NCBI RefSeq assembly: GCF_036321535.1
Contig: NC_087436.1
Coordinates: 10,726,001 to 10,790,000, forward strand
From: Camelus dromedarius
Lineage: Eukaryota
DNA length: 64,000 bases
Reading direction: 5' to 3'
Shown here: piece by piece, positions 52,251 to 64,000 of the stretch
Numbering within the stretch: position 1 is the first letter of the stretch
How the letters are laid out: every line of letters begins with the position of its first letter
Program-made: the position numbers and the translations under genes
The notes under the pieces: generated by a model
Told to the model about the DNA's origin: nothing
What the model saw: only the letters and a program-made list of their open reading frames with translations
The model's database searches: none

Positions 52251-53704
52251 TTTGGGGTTTAAGTTGGTTCTCATATAAGGCCTAGAGTATCCATAAGGAC
52301 ACCTGGGATTCAATTTGTGTGGGGTCAGCAACATAGTAAGTGTGTTCCAAAGACAGAACAAACATAGGCTTCACTGAAAGTCTTTGTGGAAAAAAATGTG
52401 TTTGTGATGGTTGCTGACATTTGAATACAAGAAAGTATTTTCATGTATTCCTTTCTGGCTTAGCCATTTTTTTCCTTGACCTTTACGAAAGAAAACACCG
52501 TAAGTATTAACACTGGCAGCTGATTCATTTGTTTAGAAATGAAAATATGTCTTTCAGGAGAAACTGTCCGATAGCCAAAGGAAAAATGATGTGCAATTAC
52601 AGCTCTTTATTCTAAATGTCTTGGAAAATAACATTGTTAAACATTCTTTTGAATCTGAAAGTCTCATTAGTATTTCATTAAATCTCCCAATATAAGGTGG
52701 AAGGGTATGTGACGCTAATAAGGAAAAAAGAAGAAAAAATATGCTTTGCAAGAAATAGCAGCAGATTGAAAAAATAATTATGTGAAAATGTAGTTAGTTG
52801 GAACCCAATTGCTAACAATGGAATGATCAAGTTTAGTTAATTTTTCTATTAATAAAGTGAAGTCATGTCTTGGATTAAATTGATTACTGATGAAGAAAAA
52901 TATTTAAATTTTAATTATCCTGTGCTTCATGACTGAATACATAGTTCATACTCAATTTTTACCTCTTAGAAAAATAGAGGAATATCTATGGCTTACAGGT
53001 GTCCCTTCTATGAGAAAATCCTGTGAAAGCAGAGTTCTTTAAGGGTCTCTGCTGCTGCAGGGAAAATTCCTGTAAAAAGATAATAATATTTCTGCCTTTC
53101 ACTGTGATCTACAAATGGTCATAATTATTGGAATCCAAGAACATTATTAATTTTATCAAATTTTAAAAACATAATTGTATATTACCAAATGTGTTTATAT
53201 AAATAATGTAGAAATATTTGGGATATATTTAACTTAACTAACAGAATAAAAATAAATATAGCTTGAAGTTCAAATGCAGAATTAGAACTACTAAAAATAA
53301 GTGGAAAGTTTTATAGCAAGAACCTTTTTATGCTCATTTATTAAAAATTACAAATTGTCAATGTTTGAACTGCTTGCCAACAATTATTTCCCACTGTTGA
53401 TTAGAATTCCATTACCCTAGAATAAATCTTATTACTAAATTACAACTCACATATGATTAGCCTGTTTTTTCTTGATATCCTCATTCAATCAGACCAGATA
53501 ATTTCCCAAAACAATTTTGGGAAAAGTATTACTTGCCTATCCCACTAGCTAGGATTTTGATGTAGGCATTAACTTATTCAGTCTGGAATAAAATAAGAAT
53601 TCACCTAAAGGCAAAAATTTTGAGACCTTCGTTAAATGAACATATAAAACTTTGATTCTGTGTACTCATTTACCATTTATTCGTCTATCAAAGCTAAAAG
53701 CTCT

Positions 53705-56700
53705 CACCACCTACCATAAATACACCAAAACTACAACTACATATGAAACAACTCACTCTGAGAACGACCTGAAGACTAGCAAAATAGTTCTTTTACAACC
53801 AAGGACATAATGGAAGAACCACAGAGTCTGGTAGGAGGGGAGGAGATCTGAACTAGTCATGACCACAACCCTGGCAGGCAGCCCAGAAGAGGAAGAGGAT
53901 GTTACAAACTCAGAAATCATCCTTAAGGAGTAAGTAGTTCAAGCCCCACATTGAGCACCCCAGCCCTGGGGACCAGACCAGAAAGAAGAGCTCCCTTAAC
54001 TGGTTTAGGAAAACAGCAAGGCTTACAACTGGGAGAACTTGATGGCTATAGGACACTGACACTCTCCACTCTGACACACACACAAACTTACTCTCAGTCA
54101 CAACACAGGGGCAGCAGAATGATAAACACCTGGCAAGGTTGCCCCAGCTCACCTTCAGACCCTCTCCTGGCTCCGACTCCAACCCCACCACCAAGGCAGT
54201 GGCCCCAAGTGTGCCCTGGGAGAAGCCCTGCCCACACTGGCTGCAACTCTAGCCCCAATAGCTCCAGCTCACCTCCACCAAGGTGGCAGTTTCCAACATT
54301 CTCCAGGAGAAGCCCTGGCCTACACTGTGCTCTGGGCTCCAGACTCCCAACCTTGCCAAGGCAGTTGTTTCTGACATGTCCTAGGAAAAGCCCCAGGACC
54401 AACCAGGCTCTGGTTCCATTTCTCCTTACCCTGCCAAAATGGTGGCTTCTGAGATGTCCCAGGAGAAGCCAAAGCCCATGCTAACTCCAAGTCCAACCTT
54501 CCTACCAAAGCCACCAGGTACACACAGCCTGCACAGGGATGGTCCCACACAAGGACATATTTTTCAAGACCTGAAGAGGTACTGTTTCACCTAATTTGAT
54601 AGATACAAACACAGAAAGTCAAACAAAATGAGAAAACAGAGGAATATGTTCCAAACAAAAGAAAAAGGTAAAACGTCAGGTAAAAAAACCCATAATGAAA
54701 TGGAGATAAGAAATTTACTCAATAGAGTTTAAAGCCAAGGTCATAAAAACGCCCACTAAGCTCAGGAGAAAAATGGAGGTACAGTGAGAACTTCAACAAC
54801 GAGTTAAAAAATATAAAAATGAACCATAGAAATCAGAACACAATAACTAAAATGAAAAAAATATACTAGAGAGAATCAACAGTACATTAGGTAATACAGA
54901 AGAATGGATCAGCAGTGTGGAAGGCAGAGTAGTAAAAATCACTCAATCAGAAGAGAAAAAAGAAAAAGAAAAAATTTAAATGAGGATTGTTTAAGGGACC
55001 TTTGGGAAAACATCAAAATGCAACATTCACATCATGGGGTTCTCAGAAAGAGAAGAAAAAGGGGGCAGAAAATAGACTTGATAAAACAATGGCCAAAAAC
55101 TTCTCTAACCTAAAAAAGGAAACAAATATCTAGGTCCAGGAAGCAGAGAGAGTCCCAAACAATATAAATCCAAAGAGACTCACACTAAGACATATTATAA
55201 TTAAAATGGCAAAGTTAAAGATCAAGAGAGAATTTTAAAATCAGCAAGAGAAAAATAAAGAGTAACACACAAAGGAACTCCCATAAGGTTAACAGCTGAT
55301 TTTGCGGGTGAATTCATGCAGGCAGAAGGGCATGGCATGGGATATTTAAAGCCCAAAAACCTACAACCAAGGATACTCTACTCAGCAAGGTTATCATTCA
55401 GAACTGAAGGAGAGATAGAGTTCCCCAGAAGAGCAAAAACCAAAAGAGCTCATCACCACTAAGCCAGCCTTACAAGAAATGTTAAAGGATCTTCTTTAAG
55501 CAAAAAAGAAAGGTCGGTACAAGAAATTTTAAAGTGTATGAAGGAAGAAAATCTCACTGGTAAAGGCAAATATATAGCAAAGGCACTGTATCAAACACTT
55601 AAAATACTAGGATGAAGATTCCAAGACAAAAGTTGAAAAGCATCAATAACTACAATAAGTAGTTAAGGAATACACAAAAAGATGTAAAATATGATATAAA
55701 AAAACATGAAACATGGGGGTAAAGCATGCAGAATTTTTACAATATGTTTGAATCTAAATGACTATCAGTTTAAGAATATATATATTTATATATATTCAAT
55801 ATACCAGTATATGTGAACCTGAAACCAAAAAACAATAGATACAAAATAAAAAAACAAAGAGAAGGAAACTCAAACATTACACTAAAGAAAATCATCAAAC
55901 TGCAAAGGAAGAAACTAAAAGAAGAAAAGAGCAGAGAGAAACAATAAAGGCAACTAGAAAACAACAAAGAAAATGGCAATAAGTAAGTACTTATCAATAA
56001 TATCTTTAAATGTAAATGAACTAAAAACCCAAATCCAAAAACAATGGCCCAATAGATTTAAAAAAAAAAAAAAAAAAGACCCATCAATATGCTGCCTGCA
56101 AGAGACTCAGTTCAAAGCTAAAGACACACACATATTGAAAGTGACAGGATGGAAAAAGATGCAAATAGAAATGAAAAGAAAGCTGGGGTAGCAATGCACA
56201 TATCAGACAAAATAGACTTTTAAATCAAAGATTGTAATAAAGAAAAAAGTGGCATTATAATATAGTAAAATATAATAAAATATAATATAATGAAAATAAA
56301 TATAATAAAAGGGTCAATCTAACAAGAGGATATTACATTCATAAATATATATGTATCTGACATAAGAGCACCTAAATATATACATCAAATATGAACGGAC
56401 ATAAAAGAAGAAATTGGCAGTAATAGTGGAGTATTTTAACACCCCACTTAAATTAACAGACAGAACATCCAGACAGAAAATTAATAAGGAAACAGTGGTC
56501 TTAAAATGACACATTAAATCAGATGGACTTAATAGATATCTGCATAAATTCCATTCAAAAAAGCAGAATGTATTCTTTTCAATTGTACATAGAAATTCTC
56601 CAGGATAGGGTACATTTTAGACCACCAAACAAGTCTCAACACACTTAAGATGACTAAATTCATATCAAGAATCTTTTCTGACCACAGTGGAATAAAACTA

Positions 56701-58000
56701 GAAATCGATTATAGGAAGAAAACTGGAAAAAATCACAAATAGTTCAAGACCTAAAACATGCTATTAAAAAAACAGGATCAACAAAGAAATTAAAGGAGAA
56801 ATAAAGAAAAGCTTGAGACACATGAAAATGGAAATACAACCTCCCCAAATCTACAGGACACAGCAAAGGCAGTTTGAAGAGGGAGATTTATAGCATATCT
56901 CAGGAAATGAGAAAAATCTCAGTCAAGTACCTAACTTTTCATTTAAAGAAATTATAAAAAATAGAATGAGCAAAGCAGAAGCAAAGAAATAATGATCAGC
57001 GTAAAACAGAGACCAAAAAAATAATAAAAACGATCTATGAAACTAAGGACTTTTTTTTTTAAAAAGTAAAACAAAATTGATAAAACATTAGCCAAACACA
57101 TCAAGAGGAAAAGACAAATAGTTCCCGAATAAAATTAAAAATGAAAGAGAAAATGTTACAACCAGTACCACAGAAATACAATCTTAAGGGAATACTTCAA
57201 ACAATTACATGCCAACAAATTGAACTATCTGGAAGAAATGGATAAATTCTTGGAAACGAATCCAAGAGTGAATCAGGAAGAAATGGCAAATATAAAAATG
57301 TTGATTACCAGTAATGAAATTGAATCAGTAATCAAAAAATTCCCAACAAACAAAAGTCCAGGACCAGACTGATTCACAGGGGCCTTCTATAAAACATTTA
57401 AAGAAGATTTAGTACCTATCCTTCTCAAACTATTCCAAAAAAATTGTAGAAGATGGAATACCTCCAAACTCATTCTACAAGGCCAACATTACCTGATACC
57501 AAAACAACGCAAAGACACCAGGAAACAAGGAAACTGCACACCAAAATCACTGATGAACACAGATGCAAAAGTCTAGCAAAATACTAGCAAACTGAATTCA
57601 ATAATATATTAAAAGGATCATAGTTCAGGATCAAGATGGACCTGGCAGGTGTTATGTTAGTAATATAAGGCAGAGAAAGAAAAATACTGTATGTTTTTAC
57701 TTGTATGTGGAATTTAAATTTAAAAAAAAATAAACAAATGTAACAAAATAGAAAAAGACTCACAGAACAGAGAAGAGTGGTTGCCAGAGGAGAGGAATGT
57801 GGAGAGTTGGGTGAAATAGGTGAATAGGATTAAGAAGTACAACACACCATTTGTAAAAAGGGATGTAAGGTACAGCATGGGAAGTGTAGTTAATAATAAT
57901 ATAATAACTCTGTATGGCACATAATCTATAAAAATACTGAATATTACATACCTGAAACTAATATATAATTGTAAGTCAACTATACTTCAATTGAAAAAAA
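53705..58000 (+). mobile_element. L1 with 5' UTR, decayed ORF1, ORF2 N-terminal half and 3' end; ~2 kb of ORF2 missing
   Basis: TSD AAAGCTAAAAGCTCT (53690-53704) / AAAGCTAAAATCTCT (58001-58015). ORF1 remnant ~54628-55499. ORF2 begins MAISKYLSIISLNVN (55973), with a KSPGPD-like motif ~57352 and RT start ~57490-57635, then jumps to the ORF2 C-terminus/3' UTR. Confidence 0.95.
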
Positions 58001-59729
58001 AAAGCTAAAATCTCTATGTAAGTTTTCAGAAAAGTGCCAGCTAGTATTACTAAGAATTGAGAAAAACCTATTAGTAAGGGGGAAATCATTTTTTTTCCCA
58101 AAGTGATTTATGACATCTTAGATGATAAAGTCTCTTTGTCAGATATCAGTATCAAGTGTATCATAAAATCAAGTTTCACAATATAAAGCTTGAAACTCCA
58201 ATGTATTTACATTTATGTTGGACTGGTTTTTCATTTTATAAATTTCAGAGGTATGGATCACCCAGTATTTCGATTCATTCTCACTGACGAAATGTTATCA
58301 CAAGGTAGGAAGTAGGGTCTGAGCTACACCTTCATAACACAAAAATGATTTAGAAGCAAGAGCTGTCAAGTCACAAAGGGAGCTACTTAAAAATTCAGTA
58401 CCTCTGCACATTTTCAAAGGTTATTAACTGCAGTGTCTCTGATTAACCTCTTAAAATTTAATTGAGACTCAGAAAAAAATGGTGCGCAATATATTCTTTT
58501 AATGTTACACTATGACATAGTTTAACAAACTCCTCACAGATTCCTTAAATCTCCAAAAGAATACACCTGTGCTTGATAGTTCTATTTTTATTCAAATATA
58601 GCTAATTACAGACAGTGTGAAGTTATACGTTAAGTTACAGATTGCTGTCCAGCAAAGAATATACCCATAGGTTATGGTTTCACCGCCTTGTAAGATGCAA
58701 TAATCAGCTTTATGTGTATCCAACCTAGCAATCTTATCCTACCATTTTAAAATACTTCCCCAAAATCCCTGTTTCTCAAAGGTACTTGAAATCAGGTTTA
58801 CCATCTTTTTTTTTTCAGGTTTATCATCTTATTTGTCCCTACATAATTAATGATTTGAATAAAAAAATAGTTCTAATCTTGTATTTGAATGGGGGTTATA
58901 TTTTTAACTTTCTAAAAATTGTATTTTCTCAAAATTATTGAAAACTTTTTGAAAATTGTATTTTCTCTATCCCTACAGATAGATCATAGTCAAAGTTATT
59001 ACAAATAAAGTCCATTATATAAACAAAAATAAAGCAGCAGGGATACTACGTAATAAAAATTTCATGACATTTTAGGCAACTATATTTTCCTGCCTCAAAA
59101 TAGTTTTGTTTATTCTGCTCTTCCTCATAGTGGAGTCTGAAAAAAAAGTAGGCTGAGGGGGAAAGGAAGAAGAAAGATAGAACCTCCCATTCCCTTCAAA
59201 ATTGGTTTTATCCTTCAAAAGATGTATCCCATAATTTTAAACATACACTACTGGACATTATCACATTTTGTACACTTGATTTAGGGTGTGTATAACCAGA
59301 CTAGTCTATGAATTTGCTGATGAATTGTTGACAATAAGGGTACAACTTCCACACTGAAACCATTCTTGAAGATACATGAAAACCAATTTGTATATTATTG
59401 TGTTAAATTTGTAAGTTAGATTAAACATGAAAGAATATCTTGTGCTCCACTGTTCAAAACTTCAGAAATGGCAGATATCTAATGGATAAATCAGCTATTA
59501 AATAAGAAATTATATAAATTAAATTATAACTGAAAAGGAGAAATATATGATACTATGATAGTAGTTACGGGAGAACTGAACTTATCAGAGAGAACAATCA
59601 ATATCTGATGGAAGAGTAGAAAATAAAATTCATAAAATCATAGGATTACTTAGTTTTCAGAGTCCTTTACATTTATGTAAACCATAATTAAGTAAAAACA
59701 AATATATAGCATCAAATTTTCATCCAATA

Positions 59730-60262
59730 GAAACGATTTTAGTTGAAAAGAAAGCCAACCTGCCTCCAGTGAATTAATCAAATAATTGTTTATTTTTCTC
59801 ATGTAAACAGACATTCATAGAAAGAAATCCAGGGGTGATTACAGATGTTCAGTGATGTTTTCAGAAATACATGATTTTTTTTTCCTCTCTCTCCTCCACC
59901 ATCAATATTTTGTTGATTTTTATACTGCATGTTGCCTCATGGCCACAAAACAGCTGCTGCTGCACTTCTGAACATCAGTGTTCCATGCAGAAAGAAGAAA
60001 AGGTGAATGGCTATACTAACTGGCAGGCTCTGTTTACATTCTACTGGCAATAACTGGATGATGTGTCCATTCTCAGACCCGTAACAGGCCAAGAAAAAAA
60101 TAACTTATCAGGACAGGTTTGGATCAATTATGATCATCCTCTGAACCGCATTCCCTGAGTTCAAGGGATGTAAGCCAGCACTTGAAGAAATCAGTGTGTA
60201 GGTAACAAAGAAAAAGACATGGTGAGACAAGATGATGGGAAGACAAGAGTTGGTGTCTGCTA
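59730..60262. mobile_element. Old MaLR LTR remnant (MLT1-like)
   Basis: GTTTATTTTTCTCATGTAA...TGTTGCCTCATGGCCACAAAACAGCTGCTGC...CATTCCCTGA pattern typical of old MLT1 subfamilies. Confidence 0.55.
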
Positions 60263-61886
60263 TTAAATAGCCTCCAGAAATTGACTATAATTGAATAAAC
60301 TAGAAGGACTGAAATTTTATATAGCTGACCTTTAGTTCAATCTGTTAGGCAGGTACAATTTATTATTATATTCTCTATAAAAAATAAATACAAGCTGTTT
60401 TGTTGTCATTTTATTTTACAAAATGTATTTGAATACCACCTGTCAACACTCTTTAGAATAGTAATTGATATTTAGCATTTTAGATTTTAAATCAGCATGT
60501 GTCTTTTTATTTTATCGTGCCTTCCTGTTCATTTAGATTATGTTTTCTATGCTTTCTGTGTTTGAGGAAATTAATTTATGGGAAATATTTCAGAAAGGCA
60601 TCATAAAGATAGGTGGTTCTTCAAGTATGTGAAAGAAACATATGATTTATGAATATTATGAAGGAAAGCAGGCCGGATTATAAGTAAAATAATTTTGTAA
60701 AAGAAAAAGGACTTACCAGTGTAGACTTGTAGCAATAACAGAAATAGTAAGTCCTGTTGGCATCTGTAGGCAAGATACCCTTCACCCAGATTTCCATAGT
60801 TAGTATTTCCCATAGATAGCTCTATAGAGTTTGCCAAGTATAAAAATCGGAGACAGAAAGGGAGGGATGGAGAAAAAGAGAGGGATAAAGGGGGAGATGG
60901 ATCATCTATTTAAAAAAAGTCTGACTAATCAAGAATAGTAAGGATAGACTGCAGATTTTGATGACAGTTTTACAAATTATGACTGTTCACTGTTTATATG
61001 TGTTACACTACCTTAAGGGTAATATTTGATAGAGGGTGTGAATTCTGTATCAGTTAAGTCAGTAGGAGTAATACAGCATGTGGGAAAATTTGAGGAAGAT
61101 CTCAAAGGGAATGTTGTAGAGGTGAGAGTTGAGCCAATAATGAAGTTTTAGAAACGCAAAATGACAACAGCAAACCTACAGGGTGGAAATACGATTTTAT
61201 TATTGCATTCTTAATTAACCAGGATAATTAACAGAAAAGCTGGAAATTGTCATGCAAAGGCATGTACAGGGTGACAATTGTATCTGTTTAAAACAACATT
61301 TAAGGACTTGAGCATCTCTTCAAAAGGCACCAGGAGGGTCAAAAGATTGAATAAAGAATACAATAACAAACTTACTGGAAAACCAGATGAAAAACATTGA
61401 ATTCATTCTTCTACCACCAGATATTCATGTGAGCTATGTCCAGTGTTTTGGAAGAAGCTCCAAAGATAAAAATCTCACCATTTATTGTAAAAGTGTGATT
61501 TTCATGCCCATCAAACTGAGTTTGAATTCCTTAGCAATCAATCCCTTCTGCACAGACTGTCATTTTCCAAAGTGTGTTCGGTGAAATACTAACCCTGCTC
61601 TTTAAAAAGAATGTTCCTTGGAAAAATAGATGTACAAAACATATTTATTAACAAATCATATTCTCTTTTTAGAGAATGATTCATATTAACATATTAAAGT
61701 CTCCAAAAATTATTGCAATTTTTTTAAATTTGATTATTCAGTTGTTTGAATTTATTTGTACTCAGAACACTCTCTAGTGCTACCGACTGGCATCCAAAGA
61801 AACTAATATTCTAATTTAGGAAATTTTAGCCTTGCCTGAAGGCATTTCTAGGAGTCTCTTTTACAACACCTTTACATATGCACTAT

Positions 61887-62409
61887 TTTAGGGAATTAGA
61901 ATTTGATATCTCAAAATATGTCTCTTTGGGATATTAATTATTTTAAGCTGATTGTTTTATAAGAAACTGCAGACATGGGCACAACTCTGAAAACCAAGTA
62001 AGAATTAGCCTTTTGTAAGAAACATTGACATTTATAAAGGAAATCTCCATTTGTTAAGGTGTCTTCCTTGCTGTACCAGAAGAGGAGGATGACCAAATCT
62101 CTAGAAACTCTTGACAATGGAGAAGGCAAGTACTTAAATCTGCATAAGAACCATACTCTTGTTAACTTGCTTCTCCTGGTCACCTCCCATAACTACCTTT
62201 CCCTGGCTTCAACATCCTCTTTTGTCTTCATCTGAGGATAGTATTTAAGGTAGAGGCTTTGGCCATTTGGGTGAGTTACTCAGATTTTCTGGTTCTCTCC
62301 CAAAAACTTTAGTGTGATTTTCTCCTGCTAATCTGTCTCATGTCAATTTCATTCTGAAACCAGCCAGAAGAACCTAAAAGGGTAAAGGACAATTTCTTCC
62401 TTCCAAACA
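61887..62409 (+). mobile_element. MER34-like ERV1 solo LTR
   Basis: CAAAATATGTCTCTTTGG, AGAAACTGCAGACA, ATAAAGGAAATCTCCATTTGT and ACTTAAATCTGCATAA. Ends in CA. 4-bp TSD CTAT (61883-61886 / 62410-62413). Confidence 0.9.
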
Positions 62410-62904
62410 CTATCCTTTAGTTGAGTGGATAACCTGACACTCTCCACATATATGTTAGATTTCTTATCTCTCTTGCTATTTTAATTCTGTGTTCTCTCTT
62501 TTTGCTTACTTATACACCCACCCCTTCCTTCTCTCCCCAGGCTACCTGCATATCACTAGCATTAAAAAGTTCAACAAACATTGATCTGGTAGTCTCTCCT
62601 CTAATAATCTAGCCTACAAAAGTCTAAAATGTAGAAGACGGCTTTACCAGAAAGGATTTTCAATATGTAACTTATATTAGCAAAAGCTAAGACATTACCT
62701 AAAGGTCCTACAGGAGAGGGCTGGCTCAGTATTTAGAATATTCAGAAAGGTGGAATAAACAACCATTAACACTATAATACTTATAAAGAAGTTTTTAAAC
62801 ATGGTGAGAATCTAAGTTACTTATTCATTTGTTAGTATAATATTAATTTTTAAAAGTAGCATATACAATTATAAGCATATTATTTTCTCAAATATATGAG
62901 GTAA

Positions 62905-63497
62905 TGAAATGGAGCAGGACACTGTGGGGGTCCTCCCAAGTACAAATCTCTTCTGTCCCCCATTTCTTGTTTGTAGGAAATAAGCTTCATTCAAAGCCTT
63001 GACCTTCTTTGAGTTCCAAAGGGAAAGTTCAAATACCTGCTAATCTGGGAAGGGAGGGAATGAAGAGATAAGGGAGGAGCTGTCAAGAAACTATAGTGCA
63101 GCCATGGGGCAAGGTCCTGGTTCCTCCTCAAGGAATATACATAACAATATCTTTGAGTTCTTCTGCAAGAACTAAAGCCCTACCCAGGTGAAGGATGGTA
63201 ACTCAGGCTGAGCACAAGATTCCTGGAGCACCACCCTGTCACCTCACCACCAACTAATCAGAAGAAAGTCTGCACACAGTGGAAAACAATAAATATTCTG
63301 ACACCCTCCTGAATGAGTCTCCTTTTAAAAACTTTCATGGTCAGGCAGAATCTTCAGAGTTGGTGTTTGGACATGAGTCCACCTTTTCCCCAGGTTGCTG
63401 GCCTCCTGAATAAAGCAACTTTTATTTTTCCCAACAGCACTTATCTCCTGAGTATTGGCTTTAGAGTGGTGAGCAGCCAGACCTGAATTTGGTAATG
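62905..63497 (+). mobile_element. ERV1-class solo LTR (MER41-like)
   Basis: TG start, TATA-like TTTAAAAA ~63324, AATAAA ~63409 and U5 GAGCAGCCAGACCTGAATTTGGTAA. 4-bp TSD GTAA (62901-62904 / 63498-63501). Confidence 0.85.
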
Positions 63498-63699
63498 GTA
63501 ATTCAGAGAAGAAAGTCTACAGTGAAATATAGTCAAGTGTTTATGGTTTTATCTGGGTGGTGAAATCTTAGATTTGTTTTTTGTTTGTTTGTTTCTTTTA
63601 CATTTTTCTAAGCATCTGGATCTTCAAAACTTTCTACAATAACATTAATTTTATTACAAAAAATTAAAACAAAATAAACAGACCAACCATTATGCATTC

Positions 63700-63960
63700 T
63701 TCAGGGCCAAGCTGACTTTCTCTATTGTCAAGAAGCGTTCCCTAATTCCCTCTAGCAGATGCCATTCCTCTGCTTCCCAGATCCGCAGCTCTGTGGTGTG
63801 TATCTCCCATGGTACATTTCACAATCTACTCTGGATCAGAGATAATCGTATAATTGTCTTATCCTGCCTGCACCAAATTACATTCTCTTTTGTGTCTGCC
63901 GCAGTGCTTAACAGAATGCCTTTTATAAAGCAGACATTTAAGAAGCATTTGTTCAATGCA
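63700..63960 (+). mobile_element. L2 3' remnant
   Basis: CCCAGATC...CAGTGCTTAACAGAATGCCT...TAAAGCAGACATTTAAGAAGCATTTGTTCAATG, an L2 terminus. Confidence 0.65.
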
Positions 63961-64000
63961 TAGATTATGTTCTGTCTCAAATTTATTCTCTTGTCAATAT

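Noticed and set aside
53951..54484. 177-aa Pro/Ser-rich ORF, the longest in the track
   Set aside because: Non-ATG start, inside the GC-rich tandem-repeated L1 5' UTR where stop codons are rare by composition.
54188..54510. Regularly spaced repeats as a CRISPR-like array
   Set aside because: Units are degenerate along their whole length and lie within a mammalian L1. There is no repeat-spacer structure and no cas gene.

Overview
AT-rich mammalian genomic DNA, most likely from a camelid (alpaca, llama or camel). This is inferred from three copies of a tRNA-derived SINE resembling the camelid Vic-1 family and several young artiodactyl-type L1 3' ends. The window is dominated by transposon relics: L1 (including one TSD-flanked element with 5' UTR, ORF1 and an internally deleted ORF2), ERV1/ERVL/MaLR LTRs, L2, MIR and microsatellites. 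I could not recognise any protein-coding gene, RNA gene or CRISPR-like system. The listed ORFs are L1 remnants, microsatellite read-through or chance ORFs. It looks like the intron of a large gene or intergenic DNA, and TE strand bias plus several strong splice-site pairs hint at a minus-strand transcript. The best leads are a GC-rich coding-like island at about 27.4-28.0 kb, a cluster of exon-like segments at about 21.6-23.0 kb, the internally deleted L1, and an LTR that retains its retroviral leader and splice donors. I found no convincing evidence of a novel biological system. Repeat family names are from memory of consensus sequences and need RepeatMasker/Dfam confirmation.
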